From the IMG/VR virus record IMGVR_UViG_2617271085_000008, positions 1 to 20,336 of that record: DNA of 20,336 nucleotides. One strand, 5' to 3'. A program made the position numbers and the translations under genes. Origin of the DNA: a virus (Duplodnaviria > Heunggongvirae > Uroviricota > Caudoviricetes). Of this stretch, positions 6,691 to 14,751 are shown piece after piece; position 1 is the stretch's first letter; each line of letters begins with the position of its first letter. The notes below the pieces were generated by a model. That model was not told the origin of the DNA. It did no database searches and was given only the letters and a program-made list of their open reading frames with translations.

Positions 6691-7686
6691 TCAGGCCAGC
6701 ACGCCAATTGCCAGCGCACGATCGATAAAACGAAATATCAGCTCCAGTTGGGAACCATACTTCTCTTCAAATGCCACGGTATCCGCATGCAGTTCGTCAT
6801 GGTGTTTTCTGCACAAAGGCAACACAAAAAGGTCATGCGCTTTTGTACCCATTCCACCCTGACCATGACCAATCAGGTGATGAGGATCGTCGGCTGGCTT
6901 ACCACAACATGCACACGGCTGCGTCTTAACCCAGCGCGTGTACTTTTCATTAACCCAGCGGCGACGTTTTGGGCGTAACATAAAAGACTCCGGCGACTCC
7001 GGATCCACTTTCAGCGCCAGCACCTTTTTCGCCTTATCCTGGATGATGCTGGTGGCAGGAACCGAAGGCACAAGGTCACTTTCCCGGGTGACAGACGGCA
7101 CAACAGGCTTCGGTAATCTCAGTGCCTTACGGGCTGCACTTTCCGGTAAGGCATCCGCCAGGTCATTACGAATCAGCCACCAGCACAGTTCCGGCATTGT
7201 CACAACGTGACTGTCATCAAAACCAAGATCACGGCGCACAACAGACAACACCCAGCGGGCACAGTTATCCGTTGCCATTGCTTCCAGCCGTTCCGTGAAC
7301 TGGTCACGGAGAAGATTGTCACAGTGCCAGCACAGACGGATTGCGCCTGGCGCGTGCCGCATTGTGGTCATGTTCTCGCTGTGCCAGTCGGAATGAGGCC
7401 ACTGACAGCCTTTTTCACGAAGTAACCAGCTCTCAAGGCATTCCACGCCACCAGCACGACGGATCACCGCCTCATGGCGGAACACGGCCCGAACGGCAGG
7501 ATCATCCGCCAGCGGTTGTGATGCTGCCGGAACGGCACCACTGGCAAAAGATGAATAACGTTCCGGCTCAGGCTCCAGCAGGACACGCCCCTGCATAAAC
7601 AGGGGCATCAGCTCTGAACCGGGTCTGAACAAGACGATCCCCATACGCGGGGCAATTTCAGGGGTCAGCAGTGCTCTCACGGTCAC
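6691..7686 (-). CDS. Prophage protein with C-terminal Cys/His-rich HNH-like motif (DUF968-like)
   Basis: 331-aa ORF ending 3 nt before the Q-like start; C-terminal CACCGKPADDPHHLIGHG...CRKHHDELH metal-binding-like cluster. Confidence 0.55.
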   Translation of the reverse strand: MTVRALLTPEIAPRMGIVLFRPGSELMPLFMQGRVLLEPEPERYSSFASGAVPAASQPLADDPAVRAVFRHEAVIRRAGGVECLESWLLREKGCQWPHSDWHSENMTTMRHAPGAIRLCWHCDNLLRDQFTERLEAMATDNCARWVLSVVRRDLGFDDSHVVTMPELCWWLIRNDLADALPESAARKALRLPKPVVPSVTRESDLVPSVPATSIIQDKAKKVLALKVDPESPESFMLRPKRRRWVNEKYTRWVKTQPCACCGKPADDPHHLIGHGQGGMGTKAHDLFVLPLCRKHHDELHADTVAFEEKYGSQLELIFRFIDRALAIGVLA

Positions 7687-7732
7687 CTCAGCGAACGGTA
7701 TTGCATGAACGCAGGAGAAAAAAATTCAGCCA

Positions 7733-7990
7733 TCACGCAGTAAACTCCTTCACCAGCGTTTCAAACTGGCTTACCTGTCCTTCCAGTTCCGCCACGCAAT
7801 CCACCAGCTCATCCACCGCCTTTTGTGTGCGGTGTTTTGCCTGCAGCAGATCACGAAGCGCCGGAGTAAGCTGCTTGCGGAGCGTATCTTTTTTCACGCT
7901 CGTTTTTTCCATCTGTTCAGCACAACGAAGCATCTCCTGCGCCTGCCGACGAAGTTGTTCCGGTGAAACAGTGATTGTTCTGTTGTTCAA
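7733..7990 (-). CDS. Hypothetical phage protein (85 aa)
   Basis: ORF in operon orientation whose start overlaps the upstream helicase stop by 4 bp; charged helical product. Confidence 0.55.
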   Translation of the reverse strand: MNNRTITVSPEQLRRQAQEMLRCAEQMEKTSVKKDTLRKQLTPALRDLLQAKHRTQKAVDELVDCVAELEGQVSQFETLVKEFTA

Positions 7991-9387
7991 AATAAACGCT
8001 CCGTTTTACTGCCCGACATGCGGTTATTGCTGTATCTGCGCGGATTGCCCGGCGTCATGGGTGTGGAAAGAACCCGGGCACTCTCCTGGTCCACAGGCAG
8101 AAAATGTCCGTTATGAAAACGCCGGTAAATGGTCCCGAGCGTGCCATTACGCTGTTTCGTGATGTTGATTTCTGCTATGCCTCTGGCCTGAGTTTCCGGG
8201 TTGTATACCTCATCCCTGTAAAGCATCAGAATGATGTCGGCATCCGCCTCGATTTCCCCGGAGTTTTTCAGGTCCGAGTTCATTGGGCGTTTATTGGGTC
8301 TGGATTCCACGCCGCGGGAGAGCTGGCTCAGAGCAATCAGCGGAAAACCGCCGGATTTTGCCAGGCTTTTAAGTCCCTTTGAGATTTCCCCCACCGCAAG
8401 GTCGTGACGCCCCGTGCTGCGGGTTTTAATCAGGCCGAGGTAATCGACCACCACCAGCGCCGTTTCCGGGTGTTTCATCCGGTGGTGCTTCGTGGTTGCA
8501 CATATCTCATCAATGGTCAGGTTTGCCTGGTCCACCATCCAGATATTACGCCCCGTCATTCGTCCCACGCCCTGCGAGAAACGCGCCCAGTCTTCATCTT
8601 CAAAACGGGCAGCAGACTTAAGACGGGATACCGGCATTCCACCGGCAGCAGACACCATACGTTCACCAATCTGGATGTTCGCCATCTCCATGGTGAACAG
8701 AAGCACGCCATGCCCCTGCTCAGTCACCTTGTCGATGATGTCCAGCGCAAGTTCGGTTTTCCCCATCGAAGGACGGGCGGCAATGAATACCAGGTCTCCG
8801 GGCTCCATACCGCCCGTTTTTGCGTCCAGTTCATCAATACCGGTCATCAGCGCCCTGGATTTCTCCAGTCCCTGATTGCGGCATTCAACACGGTCGACCA
8901 CTTCCGGAAGGACATCATCAATGTGAACCGGCTGAATGACGCCCTTTCCGGTCGACAGTGAGGCCATCATGTTCTGCGCATCCTTCAGGGCATCCTCGGC
9001 TGCTTCACAGGTATACGCATCACGTAAATTCTGTAATGCTTCAGTCAGTGTTTTTTCTGCATCGCGCAGTGCGGCATTGCGCCGCAACGCTGCGACATAG
9101 TGCTCCAGTGAAGACTTCACCCAGGTTTTGCGTCCGGTGTCGGTAATCACCGGGGCAAGTTCCGGCATCTCATTGCACAGCAGTACGGGGTCAATGACGC
9201 CGGATATGCGAGCCTGTCTGCAAATCCCCGCGTAAATATCCCGGTACTGACGCACAAAAAATACATCCGCCGGAAGTGTGGCCAGAATATCCATCACTTC
9301 CGGATCGGCCCCACGCAGAAAAAACGCACCGATGACAGCGCCTTCCAGGTCATCGTTACGCCATGCCGGGGTGTTCTGGCTGGTCAT
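7987..9387 (-). CDS. Replicative DNA helicase, DnaB family
   Basis: 466-aa ORF; Walker A AARPSMGKT, Walker B-like VVVDYLGLI, SQLSR motif; overlaps upstream loader gene by 4 bp. Confidence 0.9.
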   Translation of the reverse strand: MTSQNTPAWRNDDLEGAVIGAFFLRGADPEVMDILATLPADVFFVRQYRDIYAGICRQARISGVIDPVLLCNEMPELAPVITDTGRKTWVKSSLEHYVAALRRNAALRDAEKTLTEALQNLRDAYTCEAAEDALKDAQNMMASLSTGKGVIQPVHIDDVLPEVVDRVECRNQGLEKSRALMTGIDELDAKTGGMEPGDLVFIAARPSMGKTELALDIIDKVTEQGHGVLLFTMEMANIQIGERMVSAAGGMPVSRLKSAARFEDEDWARFSQGVGRMTGRNIWMVDQANLTIDEICATTKHHRMKHPETALVVVDYLGLIKTRSTGRHDLAVGEISKGLKSLAKSGGFPLIALSQLSRGVESRPNKRPMNSDLKNSGEIEADADIILMLYRDEVYNPETQARGIAEINITKQRNGTLGTIYRRFHNGHFLPVDQESARVLSTPMTPGNPRRYSNNRMSGSKTERLF

Positions 9388-10292
9388 GCGGCAACACCTC
9401 CGATACGAGAACGGTAGCTGGGCCAGTTAAACGACAACCAGTTGCGCCCGCCATCGGTGATTCTGTCGGCAATCCGGGGACTGATGAACGCCCACAATTC
9501 TTCCGGTGAAAGGTTGCTGATCAGGATAGTTGGCAAAATACCCTCATACCGGGCATTGATAATTTCCTGCAAAATGGCCATTTCAGCCGCACTGCCAAAC
9601 TGAACGCCGACTTCGTCGACAATCAGCAAATCCAGTGACGCATAATGCTCAATGACGTCATCCGCTGTTTTTTCACTGTCATTCCGCCAGCAGTTTTTCA
9701 CAGCCCGGGTAAGGCGCATCACGTCGGTGATCTCCACACTGGCCAGATAGTTACGGATGATGTGTTTTGCCATTGATACCGCCAGATGATTTTTCCCGGT
9801 ACCGCAACTGCCGGTCATAACAAGACTGGTACCGTTCTCCAGCATATCTGGCCAGTTCTCCGCATAGCGGCGACAGGCCGCAAGATTTCTGGCTGCGTCA
9901 GGATTAACCTCCAGATAATTATCAAACTCGCAGTCCCGAAAACGCAGAGCAATTCCGGCGTTATCAGTCAGTTCTTCCGCCTTGAGGGACGACAGTTCCA
10001 TGGTCAAATCACTGGCCTCAGCGATCAAGCAGTCAGGGCAGCATGAAATTTTTTCTCTGTCCTCGCCATTACGATCGATCCACACCAGTATATGCGTACG
10101 ATATTTACCGTGTTTTTCGCAATATCCGCGACCTTCACGCATCAGGCAGGAACGATAAGGCCATGGCTTTTCGCCCTTCTGAGCAAATGCAATCTCTGCC
10201 CGTAACTCATCCATTTCTGCCCGTAACTCATCCATTCGCGCCTGTAGTCTTGTTTGTTTCTCACGTTGGTCAATCGTCATCATCGCTGTCAC
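9384..10292 (-). CDS. DnaC-like helicase loader (IstB-like AAA+ ATPase)
   Basis: 302-aa ORF; Walker A GSCGTGKNHL, Walker B LLIVDEVG; N-terminal Cys cluster; contains a 21-bp tandem duplication encoding MDELRAE twice. Confidence 0.85.
   Translation of the reverse strand: MTAMMTIDQREKQTRLQARMDELRAEMDELRAEIAFAQKGEKPWPYRSCLMREGRGYCEKHGKYRTHILVWIDRNGEDREKISCCPDCLIAEASDLTMELSSLKAEELTDNAGIALRFRDCEFDNYLEVNPDAARNLAACRRYAENWPDMLENGTSLVMTGSCGTGKNHLAVSMAKHIIRNYLASVEITDVMRLTRAVKNCWRNDSEKTADDVIEHYASLDLLIVDEVGVQFGSAAEMAILQEIINARYEGILPTILISNLSPEELWAFISPRIADRITDGGRNWLSFNWPSYRSRIGGVAA
10195..10236. repeat. Perfect 21-bp tandem duplication inside the DnaC-like gene
   Basis: TCTGCCCGTAACTCATCCATT occurs twice in tandem (10195-10215 and 10216-10236), in frame. 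Confidence 0.85.
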
Positions 10293-10293
10293 C

Positions 10294-11286
10294 TCAGAAT
10301 GTCAATTTGTTACTGGATTTACCGAATTTGTCAGACATGGCTCCCAGGCCAGCCAGGACATCGACCTGTCGCTGTCGCCCACCTCCGTGAGCGGCTGGCT
10401 GTTGCCAGTAATCTTCGAAGTGACGATCGGGTCCAAAGAACGTCGCAGCCTGCTTCACGAACTGTGTGCCGGTATTTCCTGTAGCACGTACCCAGGCGGC
10501 ATACCGCTTCACGCCATCAAGCATGGTCTCCGGTTTTATTCCCTCCCTGATACGGGCTTTCCAGGCTTTGAAGGCTGCTGACTTGGAATTGCCACCAGCA
10601 CGTTTGGGATATTCCTGCCAGGCCTGTTCAAATTCCGGTGAATATTCCTGTCGGGCAGAACGCGCTGGCGCAGACGCGTCAGCGGATGCATCAATAGTGT
10701 TTTTAGTCTCCGTTGTAATCTCTGTAGTAATCTCTGTATTTGTATCAACATTCGGCGTATCCCCTGTTCCGTTATGACGTCGGGGGGTGTTCCGTTTTAA
10801 CGTAATAGCTGTATCGCTGATTGCATTATTGCTGTTACTTTCTGGCGAAACAGAAGAAGGTGTGGTGATGGCCGCAATTGCCTGTGGGTTGATCCCGACA
10901 AACAAAATATTGCTGCATTTCACCCCATCGAGCATTTCCACCGTGCGTAAATCCAGAGTAATAAACCCTGTATCGCGCAGACGCTTCAGCGCATCTGCGG
11001 TTTCCCTTTTCCCGAAACCAAACTGCTCAGCAAACGCCTGGTAGCTTCTTTGCAGTTTGTCGCCCTGAAAACGCTTGCGATATCCCAGCAACGCTCCGGT
11101 GTGCTCATCCCTGACCTCTGTCGGGCGGTACCAGTAAACGATCTCTGAAAGCAGAGCGATAGCCGTCGCATCCGGACGCCCACTGGGTAGTCGAATATAT
11201 TTCCACCAGTTCGCAGGTGTAACATTGCCGGAAATATTAATTTGACCAATAGCCATAACTTCCGGTGTGGGGGCGTAACGGCTCAT
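10294..11286 (-). CDS. Replication initiation protein (lambda O-like functional position) with conserved phage C-terminal domain
   Basis: 330-aa ORF immediately upstream of the DnaC/DnaB-like genes; C-terminal EYSPEFEQAWQEYPKR...FVKQAATFFGPDRHFEDYW resembles a conserved phage replication-protein C-terminus; central linker contains direct DNA repeats (TEITTEITTE). Confidence 0.7.
   Translation of the reverse strand: MSRYAPTPEVMAIGQINISGNVTPANWWKYIRLPSGRPDATAIALLSEIVYWYRPTEVRDEHTGALLGYRKRFQGDKLQRSYQAFAEQFGFGKRETADALKRLRDTGFITLDLRTVEMLDGVKCSNILFVGINPQAIAAITTPSSVSPESNSNNAISDTAITLKRNTPRRHNGTGDTPNVDTNTEITTEITTETKNTIDASADASAPARSARQEYSPEFEQAWQEYPKRAGGNSKSAAFKAWKARIREGIKPETMLDGVKRYAAWVRATGNTGTQFVKQAATFFGPDRHFEDYWQQPAAHGGGRQRQVDVLAGLGAMSDKFGKSSNKLTF
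10700..10745. repeat. Iteron-like direct repeats; candidate phage origin of replication inside the initiator gene
   Basis: GTAATCTCTGTA repeated in tandem (10715-10726 and 10727-10738) with degenerate flanking copies, followed by a relatively AT-rich stretch; lambda-type origins lie inside the O gene. Confidence 0.35.
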
Positions 11287-11582
11287 ACAACCTCCTTCCG
11301 CGGCATGAGAATTGTGTAGCCACGCGCAGGTTGTAGTCTGGCTTTTGCATCAATAGTAAGCGTTGCAATTTTTCGGATATGAAGATAACCAGCTCTTTCC
11401 AGTGCCAGGGTTTCCCTGAATATCGCTTGCTTAGAACAACAGCAGAAATCAGCAAGCACCTGATGATCAATAACTCTCTCGCCTTCACCGTCTGAAGAAC
11501 CCGACATCAAAACACGCAACATAACCAGGCGCTGAATCGGGTTATCGAAAGCACATCCGCACACAAACTGAAAACAGTTCAC
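11283..11582 (-). CDS. Hypothetical phage protein (99 aa)
   Basis: ORF overlapping both flanking genes by 4 bp (ATGA junctions) in the early-right operon. Confidence 0.55.
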   Translation of the reverse strand: MNCFQFVCGCAFDNPIQRLVMLRVLMSGSSDGEGERVIDHQVLADFCCCSKQAIFRETLALERAGYLHIRKIATLTIDAKARLQPARGYTILMPRKEVV

Positions 11583-11803
11583 GCCACACCTCCCAGACGC
11601 TTAAACATTTTTCCAGACAGAAATACCGCCAGAGGGTAACTGATGGTGTAGCTACGCCCCTGTAGTTCGCACACGACTTTCTGGCTTTCAGCGTTGACCA
11701 GGCAAACCCGCAGAACGTGACCGTTGCTGGTGGCGAACCACTGCCCCACACGGGGGCAACGGTTGTATCGGTGATACAGGGAATTAACGATGTGGCGGAT
11801 CAT
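11579..11803 (-). CDS. Hypothetical phage protein (74 aa)
   Basis: 4-bp overlaps with both neighbours. Confidence 0.5.
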   Translation of the reverse strand: MIRHIVNSLYHRYNRCPRVGQWFATSNGHVLRVCLVNAESQKVVCELQGRSYTISYPLAVFLSGKMFKRLGGVA

Positions 11804-11994
11804 GGATGCACCTCCGCCGTAGTTACGTATTTAACCGGGCTACCTTTCATTGAGATGGTTTCACACATCTCTGCCGCTTTCAGTTCCGCTGTTTTTCTGG
11901 ATTTATAGCGACGGTGCCAGACAGATACATCCGTGCGAACTGATACATCGTTTCTGTATTCCGTAGTGGAGATGATGATTTCGTAACTAATCAT
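11800..11994 (-). CDS. Hypothetical phage protein (64 aa)
   Basis: 4-bp overlaps with both neighbours. Confidence 0.5.
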   Translation of the reverse strand: MISYEIIISTTEYRNDVSVRTDVSVWHRRYKSRKTAELKAAEMCETISMKGSPVKYVTTAEVHP

Positions 11995-12542
11995 GGGCGA
12001 ACCTCCTTGTCAGAACCATTCAGCCTGGAATCAACAAGTGCAGCGCCAAAAACAGCATCACCAACACGGTCGTACAGTTTGCTAGCCAGCGGAGATTCAA
12101 CGGCCTTAAGCATTGGATAAAGCTGGCTTGTCCAGATTTGATGGATTTCACGCAAATGCAGGTATACGCCTCTGGCGTTTCGTGCGACAGCTGACATATC
12201 AACCGCGTCAGCACCAGATAAATTCTTCTCCATCTGGTTAAAGGCGTTGATGTATGCCTCTTTGAACCGGGCTGCACGTTTGCCAGTAAAGCCCATAGCA
12301 AGGAACGCGAAGCCATCGCGGGTGATTTGATAGCAAGGTAGTTTGCGGCCTGTGCAATCGGTGTAATCACTGGGCTGAAAATTCAGCTCAGTGAATTCAA
12401 CAGAGCACTCAAGCGTCTGGATTTTTTGAATAACGTTTTTGTGCTGCTTGCAGAAATATTCGGCAACGGCCAAAGAAGAGGTAACAGCCTTCCCATGGAT
12501 AACATCAATTTTAGGGTGAGTTTGGGTAGGGGTGGTTGCCAT
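11991..12542 (-). CDS. Rha/antirepressor-like regulatory protein; start reassigned to internal ATG
   Basis: Track ORF runs to 12839, but ATG at 12542 has Shine-Dalgarno GAGGATG and is followed at once by the Rha-like segment KIDVIHGKAVTSSLAVAEYFCKQHKNVIQKIQTL; the upstream 99 codons are low-complexity and coincide with a motif-rich regulatory region. Confidence 0.6.
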   Translation of the reverse strand: MATTPTQTHPKIDVIHGKAVTSSLAVAEYFCKQHKNVIQKIQTLECSVEFTELNFQPSDYTDCTGRKLPCYQITRDGFAFLAMGFTGKRAARFKEAYINAFNQMEKNLSGADAVDMSAVARNARGVYLHLREIHQIWTSQLYPMLKAVESPLASKLYDRVGDAVFGAALVDSRLNGSDKEVRP

Positions 12543-12923
12543 AGTGACATCCTCATGTGCGAATTTTGAAAACTCACCACATGGGACGCCAATCACAGAG
12601 GTGGTGAGACGTACAGGGTTGGCGTAACCGGTCGCACATGACCCCGGCGCATCTTTCGATGCCCCTGCACGCCCCACCATAATTTGGATGTGAGGAAACG
12701 TGCGCAAAAAAACCGCTGAAGCGCGGTTATGCGCATGTGCGAATTTCAGGACGCCAATCCCGGCACCCGCTTTATAAGGTGCGGAGACAGTGTAACGTCC
12801 CGAAATTGCAGAATCAATATTTGGTCTTGGAATGATCATATAGCTGCTGATATCTTTAGAACTGTTCTTGGATGTTTCGGAGCCGTTTTATGCGAAACAG
12901 CTCCCCGTTATTGATGTTGAGTG

Positions 12924-12948
12924 AGCCGGGTTACTCCCGGCTTTTTTT
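12924..12948 (+). terminator. Plus-strand intrinsic terminator (orphan with respect to annotated plus-strand genes)
   Basis: AGCCGGG-TTACT-CCCGGCT hairpin followed by six to seven T; on the minus strand the hairpin is followed by CACTCAAC, so it is unidirectional. Confidence 0.5.
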
Positions 12949-13655
12949 CACCGCTGCCAACCAATAACCTGAAATAACCCCATTTTCGGGTGATACCAGC
13001 GAGTCCCTCGCGGTTCTGCTTCCTCCATAACCCGATAAAAAGCAGCCATAAACGGTTCCACAGCAACAATTGCGCGACGTGACAACAATCCGTCCGGCGT
13101 CATGAACTCATGTGTGTCTGTAGGAATTTGATAGGCGTTCACCAGATTGCGGCATTTATCATCTGACAAACCGGTTTTTGCTTTCAGTTGGCGATATCCG
13201 GCATAGCCCTCACGAATAGTGCCCTTTTTAATTTGCTCGACTGTTTCAGCAACGTGGCTGACTTTTTCTTCCACCTGAGTGATCCGTTTCTGCTGACGAA
13301 CTGCTTCAAGAGCCATCGCGGCAACCATTTCGATTTCGCTCATTGGCTTACGGATCTGTTCTTCCAGTTCGCGCCAGCGATCTACCAGGCGAGCAGTGAA
13401 TTCAGGACAGAGCTGTGCGACGACAATGATGCTGTCGCGCTTACCTTGTTCTCCTTCAAACAGGTAATGCTCATATTGAACTTTAAAACCTAAGTTATTG
13501 ATTCTTTCGGAAACCTCAATTTGAGGAGACCGGACAACGCCACCTTTGGCTAATGTTTCAATAGTGCGTTTCACATTGTCATGACGTTTACCCACCAGCT
13601 CTGCGATCTCAACGCTGGTCATGGATGCTTTGCCGTTAAAAATTGCGGTGTTCAT
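12948..13655 (-). CDS. Phage regulatory protein, Rha family (antirepressor-like)
   Basis: 235-aa ORF; N-terminal MTSVEIAELVGKRHDNVKRTIETL matches the Rha-family signature. Confidence 0.8.
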   Translation of the reverse strand: MNTAIFNGKASMTSVEIAELVGKRHDNVKRTIETLAKGGVVRSPQIEVSERINNLGFKVQYEHYLFEGEQGKRDSIIVVAQLCPEFTARLVDRWRELEEQIRKPMSEIEMVAAMALEAVRQQKRITQVEEKVSHVAETVEQIKKGTIREGYAGYRQLKAKTGLSDDKCRNLVNAYQIPTDTHEFMTPDGLLSRRAIVAVEPFMAAFYRVMEEAEPRGTRWYHPKMGLFQVIGWQR

Positions 13656-13879
13656 TGTTGGTCTCCTGTGGGCTTGTCATCTTCTGTATTCGCTAGACTT
13701 GGGTGTGTATATGGAATGCTCGGATCCAGATGACAAAGAATGGCAACATCCTCCGGAACACCTCGCGTTTTCCACTTTCCAACACCTTGACTGCCACGAG
13801 GCCTTCCTTTCTTTGGGAACCTGCGACCAATAGCGGCATTGGTTTTAAATTGAATTTTTAATATTTCATAAAGGGTCAT
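13652..13879 (-). CDS. Hypothetical small basic protein at the Cro-equivalent position
   Basis: 75-aa ORF, first gene of the minus-strand operon, divergent from the CI-like gene; 4-bp overlap with the Rha gene; no clear HTH recognised. Confidence 0.4.
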   Translation of the reverse strand: MTLYEILKIQFKTNAAIGRRFPKKGRPRGSQGVGKWKTRGVPEDVAILCHLDPSIPYTHPSLANTEDDKPTGDQQ

Positions 13880-13889
13880 TCTTTAGTCT

Positions 13890-13970
13890 CACACCAGATA
13901 CTTTGTTATCCAACGATGTTAACCACAGGAATCCAAAGTATCAAGAAATTCTGTTACTTTAGTATCAACA
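13890..13970. promoter_or_regulatory. Divergent promoter/operator region (OR-like) with repeated GTATCA-core motifs
   Basis: AGATACTTTG (13896-13905, inverted), CCAAAGTATCAAG (13933-13945) and TTTAGTATCAAC (13958-13969) between the divergent CI-like and Cro-position genes. Confidence 0.4.
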
Positions 13971-13990
13971 GCCATGAGAGGAGAAGAAAA

Positions 13991-14647
13991 ATGAAGTCTT
14001 TAGGTGAACGTCTCATCAACGCACGGCAAAAAGCTGGGTTAACACAAGATGCGTTGGCTAAAAAAGCTGGGATCACCAGAGTTGCAATCAGTAAAGCCGA
14101 GCAAGGCCTTACAAAAAGTTTCAACGGTGACACCCTTTTTAAAGTTGCAGCTGCACTGCGGTGTTCACCGCAGTGGCTTCAGAACGGAGATGAAAAAGAT
14201 AAGCATTGGGAAAATAATGTTAAGAGCTGCCCACAGAGAGACACAGCACACTCTTACCCTGTAATTAACTGGGTTCAGGCAGGATTATTCGCAACTTCTG
14301 GTGATGACTACAACATGTATGATCAGGATAATTGGAGGCATTCTGTAAAATACGCTGGTGAGAGGGGGTTCTGGCTGGAAGTGCACGGAGACTCAATGAC
14401 TTCGCCCGTAGGAATAACATTTCCTGAAGGAATGTCGATCCTTGTCAACCCAGATAAAGAAGTTTTTTCAGGGTGTTACGTCATCGCCAGAAAAAAATCC
14501 ACCAATGAAGCAACATTCAAAAAATATATTTCTGACATGGGAAAGGCGTTTCTAAAGCCCCTTAATCCACAATATCCAATCATAGAAATGGACAATGATT
14601 GCGAAATAGTAGGTGTTGTGGTTGATGCCAGGTGGGATATTTTCTGA
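13991..14647 (+). CDS. CI-like prophage repressor (HTH_XRE + S24 LexA-like peptidase)
   Basis: Start at ATG 13991 with AGAGGAGAAG Shine-Dalgarno (track ORF starts at 13916); N-terminal HTH GLTQDALAKKAGITRVAISKAEQG; C-terminal GDSM catalytic Ser motif with downstream Lys. Confidence 0.85.
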   Translation: MKSLGERLINARQKAGLTQDALAKKAGITRVAISKAEQGLTKSFNGDTLFKVAAALRCSPQWLQNGDEKDKHWENNVKSCPQRDTAHSYPVINWVQAGLFATSGDDYNMYDQDNWRHSVKYAGERGFWLEVHGDSMTSPVGITFPEGMSILVNPDKEVFSGCYVIARKKSTNEATFKKYISDMGKAFLKPLNPQYPIIEMDNDCEIVGVVVDARWDIF

Positions 14648-14669
14648 CCAGACACAAAACACAAAAAAG

Positions 14670-14750
14670 AAACCAAAGTATCAAAAATCACTTGCCACAC
14701 CTTGATACCTTAGTTACCATAAAACAAAGTTCGTAACTGAGGTATCATCT
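14670..14750. promoter_or_regulatory. Operator-like repeats downstream of the repressor gene (OL/PL-like region)
   Basis: CCAAAGTATCAA (14671-14682, identical 12-mer to the 13933 site), inverted partner CTTGATACCT (14701-14710), GAGGTATCAT (14739-14748). Confidence 0.35.
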
Positions 14751-14751
14751 C

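Noticed and set aside
6459-7598. Plus-strand ORFs overlapping the Q-like and Cys/His-rich genes (6459..6662, 6634..6978, 6938..7210, 7207..7425, 7341..7598)
   Set aside because: Antisense to minus-strand genes that are in operon register with 4-bp overlaps; GC-rich antisense frames
7671-9146. Plus-strand ORFs antisense to the DnaB-like helicase (7671..8162, 8104..8382, 8404..8961, 8492..8875, 8958..9146)
   Set aside because: Helicase is supported by Walker motifs; the antisense products are His/Arg/Pro-rich and low-complexity
9786-11249. ORFs antisense to or nested in the DnaC-like and O-like genes (9786..10046, 10043..10390, 10254..10484, 10387..10581, 10466..10777, 10536..10751, 10787..11044, 10986..11249)
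   Set aside because: Overlap well-supported replication genes; no independent start signals
12543-12839. Full-length 282-aa version of the Rha-like ORF starting at 12839
   Set aside because: The upstream 99 codons are low-complexity, coincide with the motif-rich regulatory region, and an internal ATG with a good ribosome-binding site directly precedes the Rha-like domain; kept as an alternative only
12729-12914. Plus-strand 61-aa ORF ending just before the plus-strand terminator
   Set aside because: Weak ribosome-binding site and Cys/Trp-rich implausible product; a non-coding antisense transcript is the more economical explanation, though it is not excluded
13916-13990. Upstream start (13916) for the CI-like repressor
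   Set aside because: The N-terminal extension lies in the operator region and has no ribosome-binding site; ATG 13991 has a strong AGAGGAGAAG Shine-Dalgarno and yields a canonical repressor length
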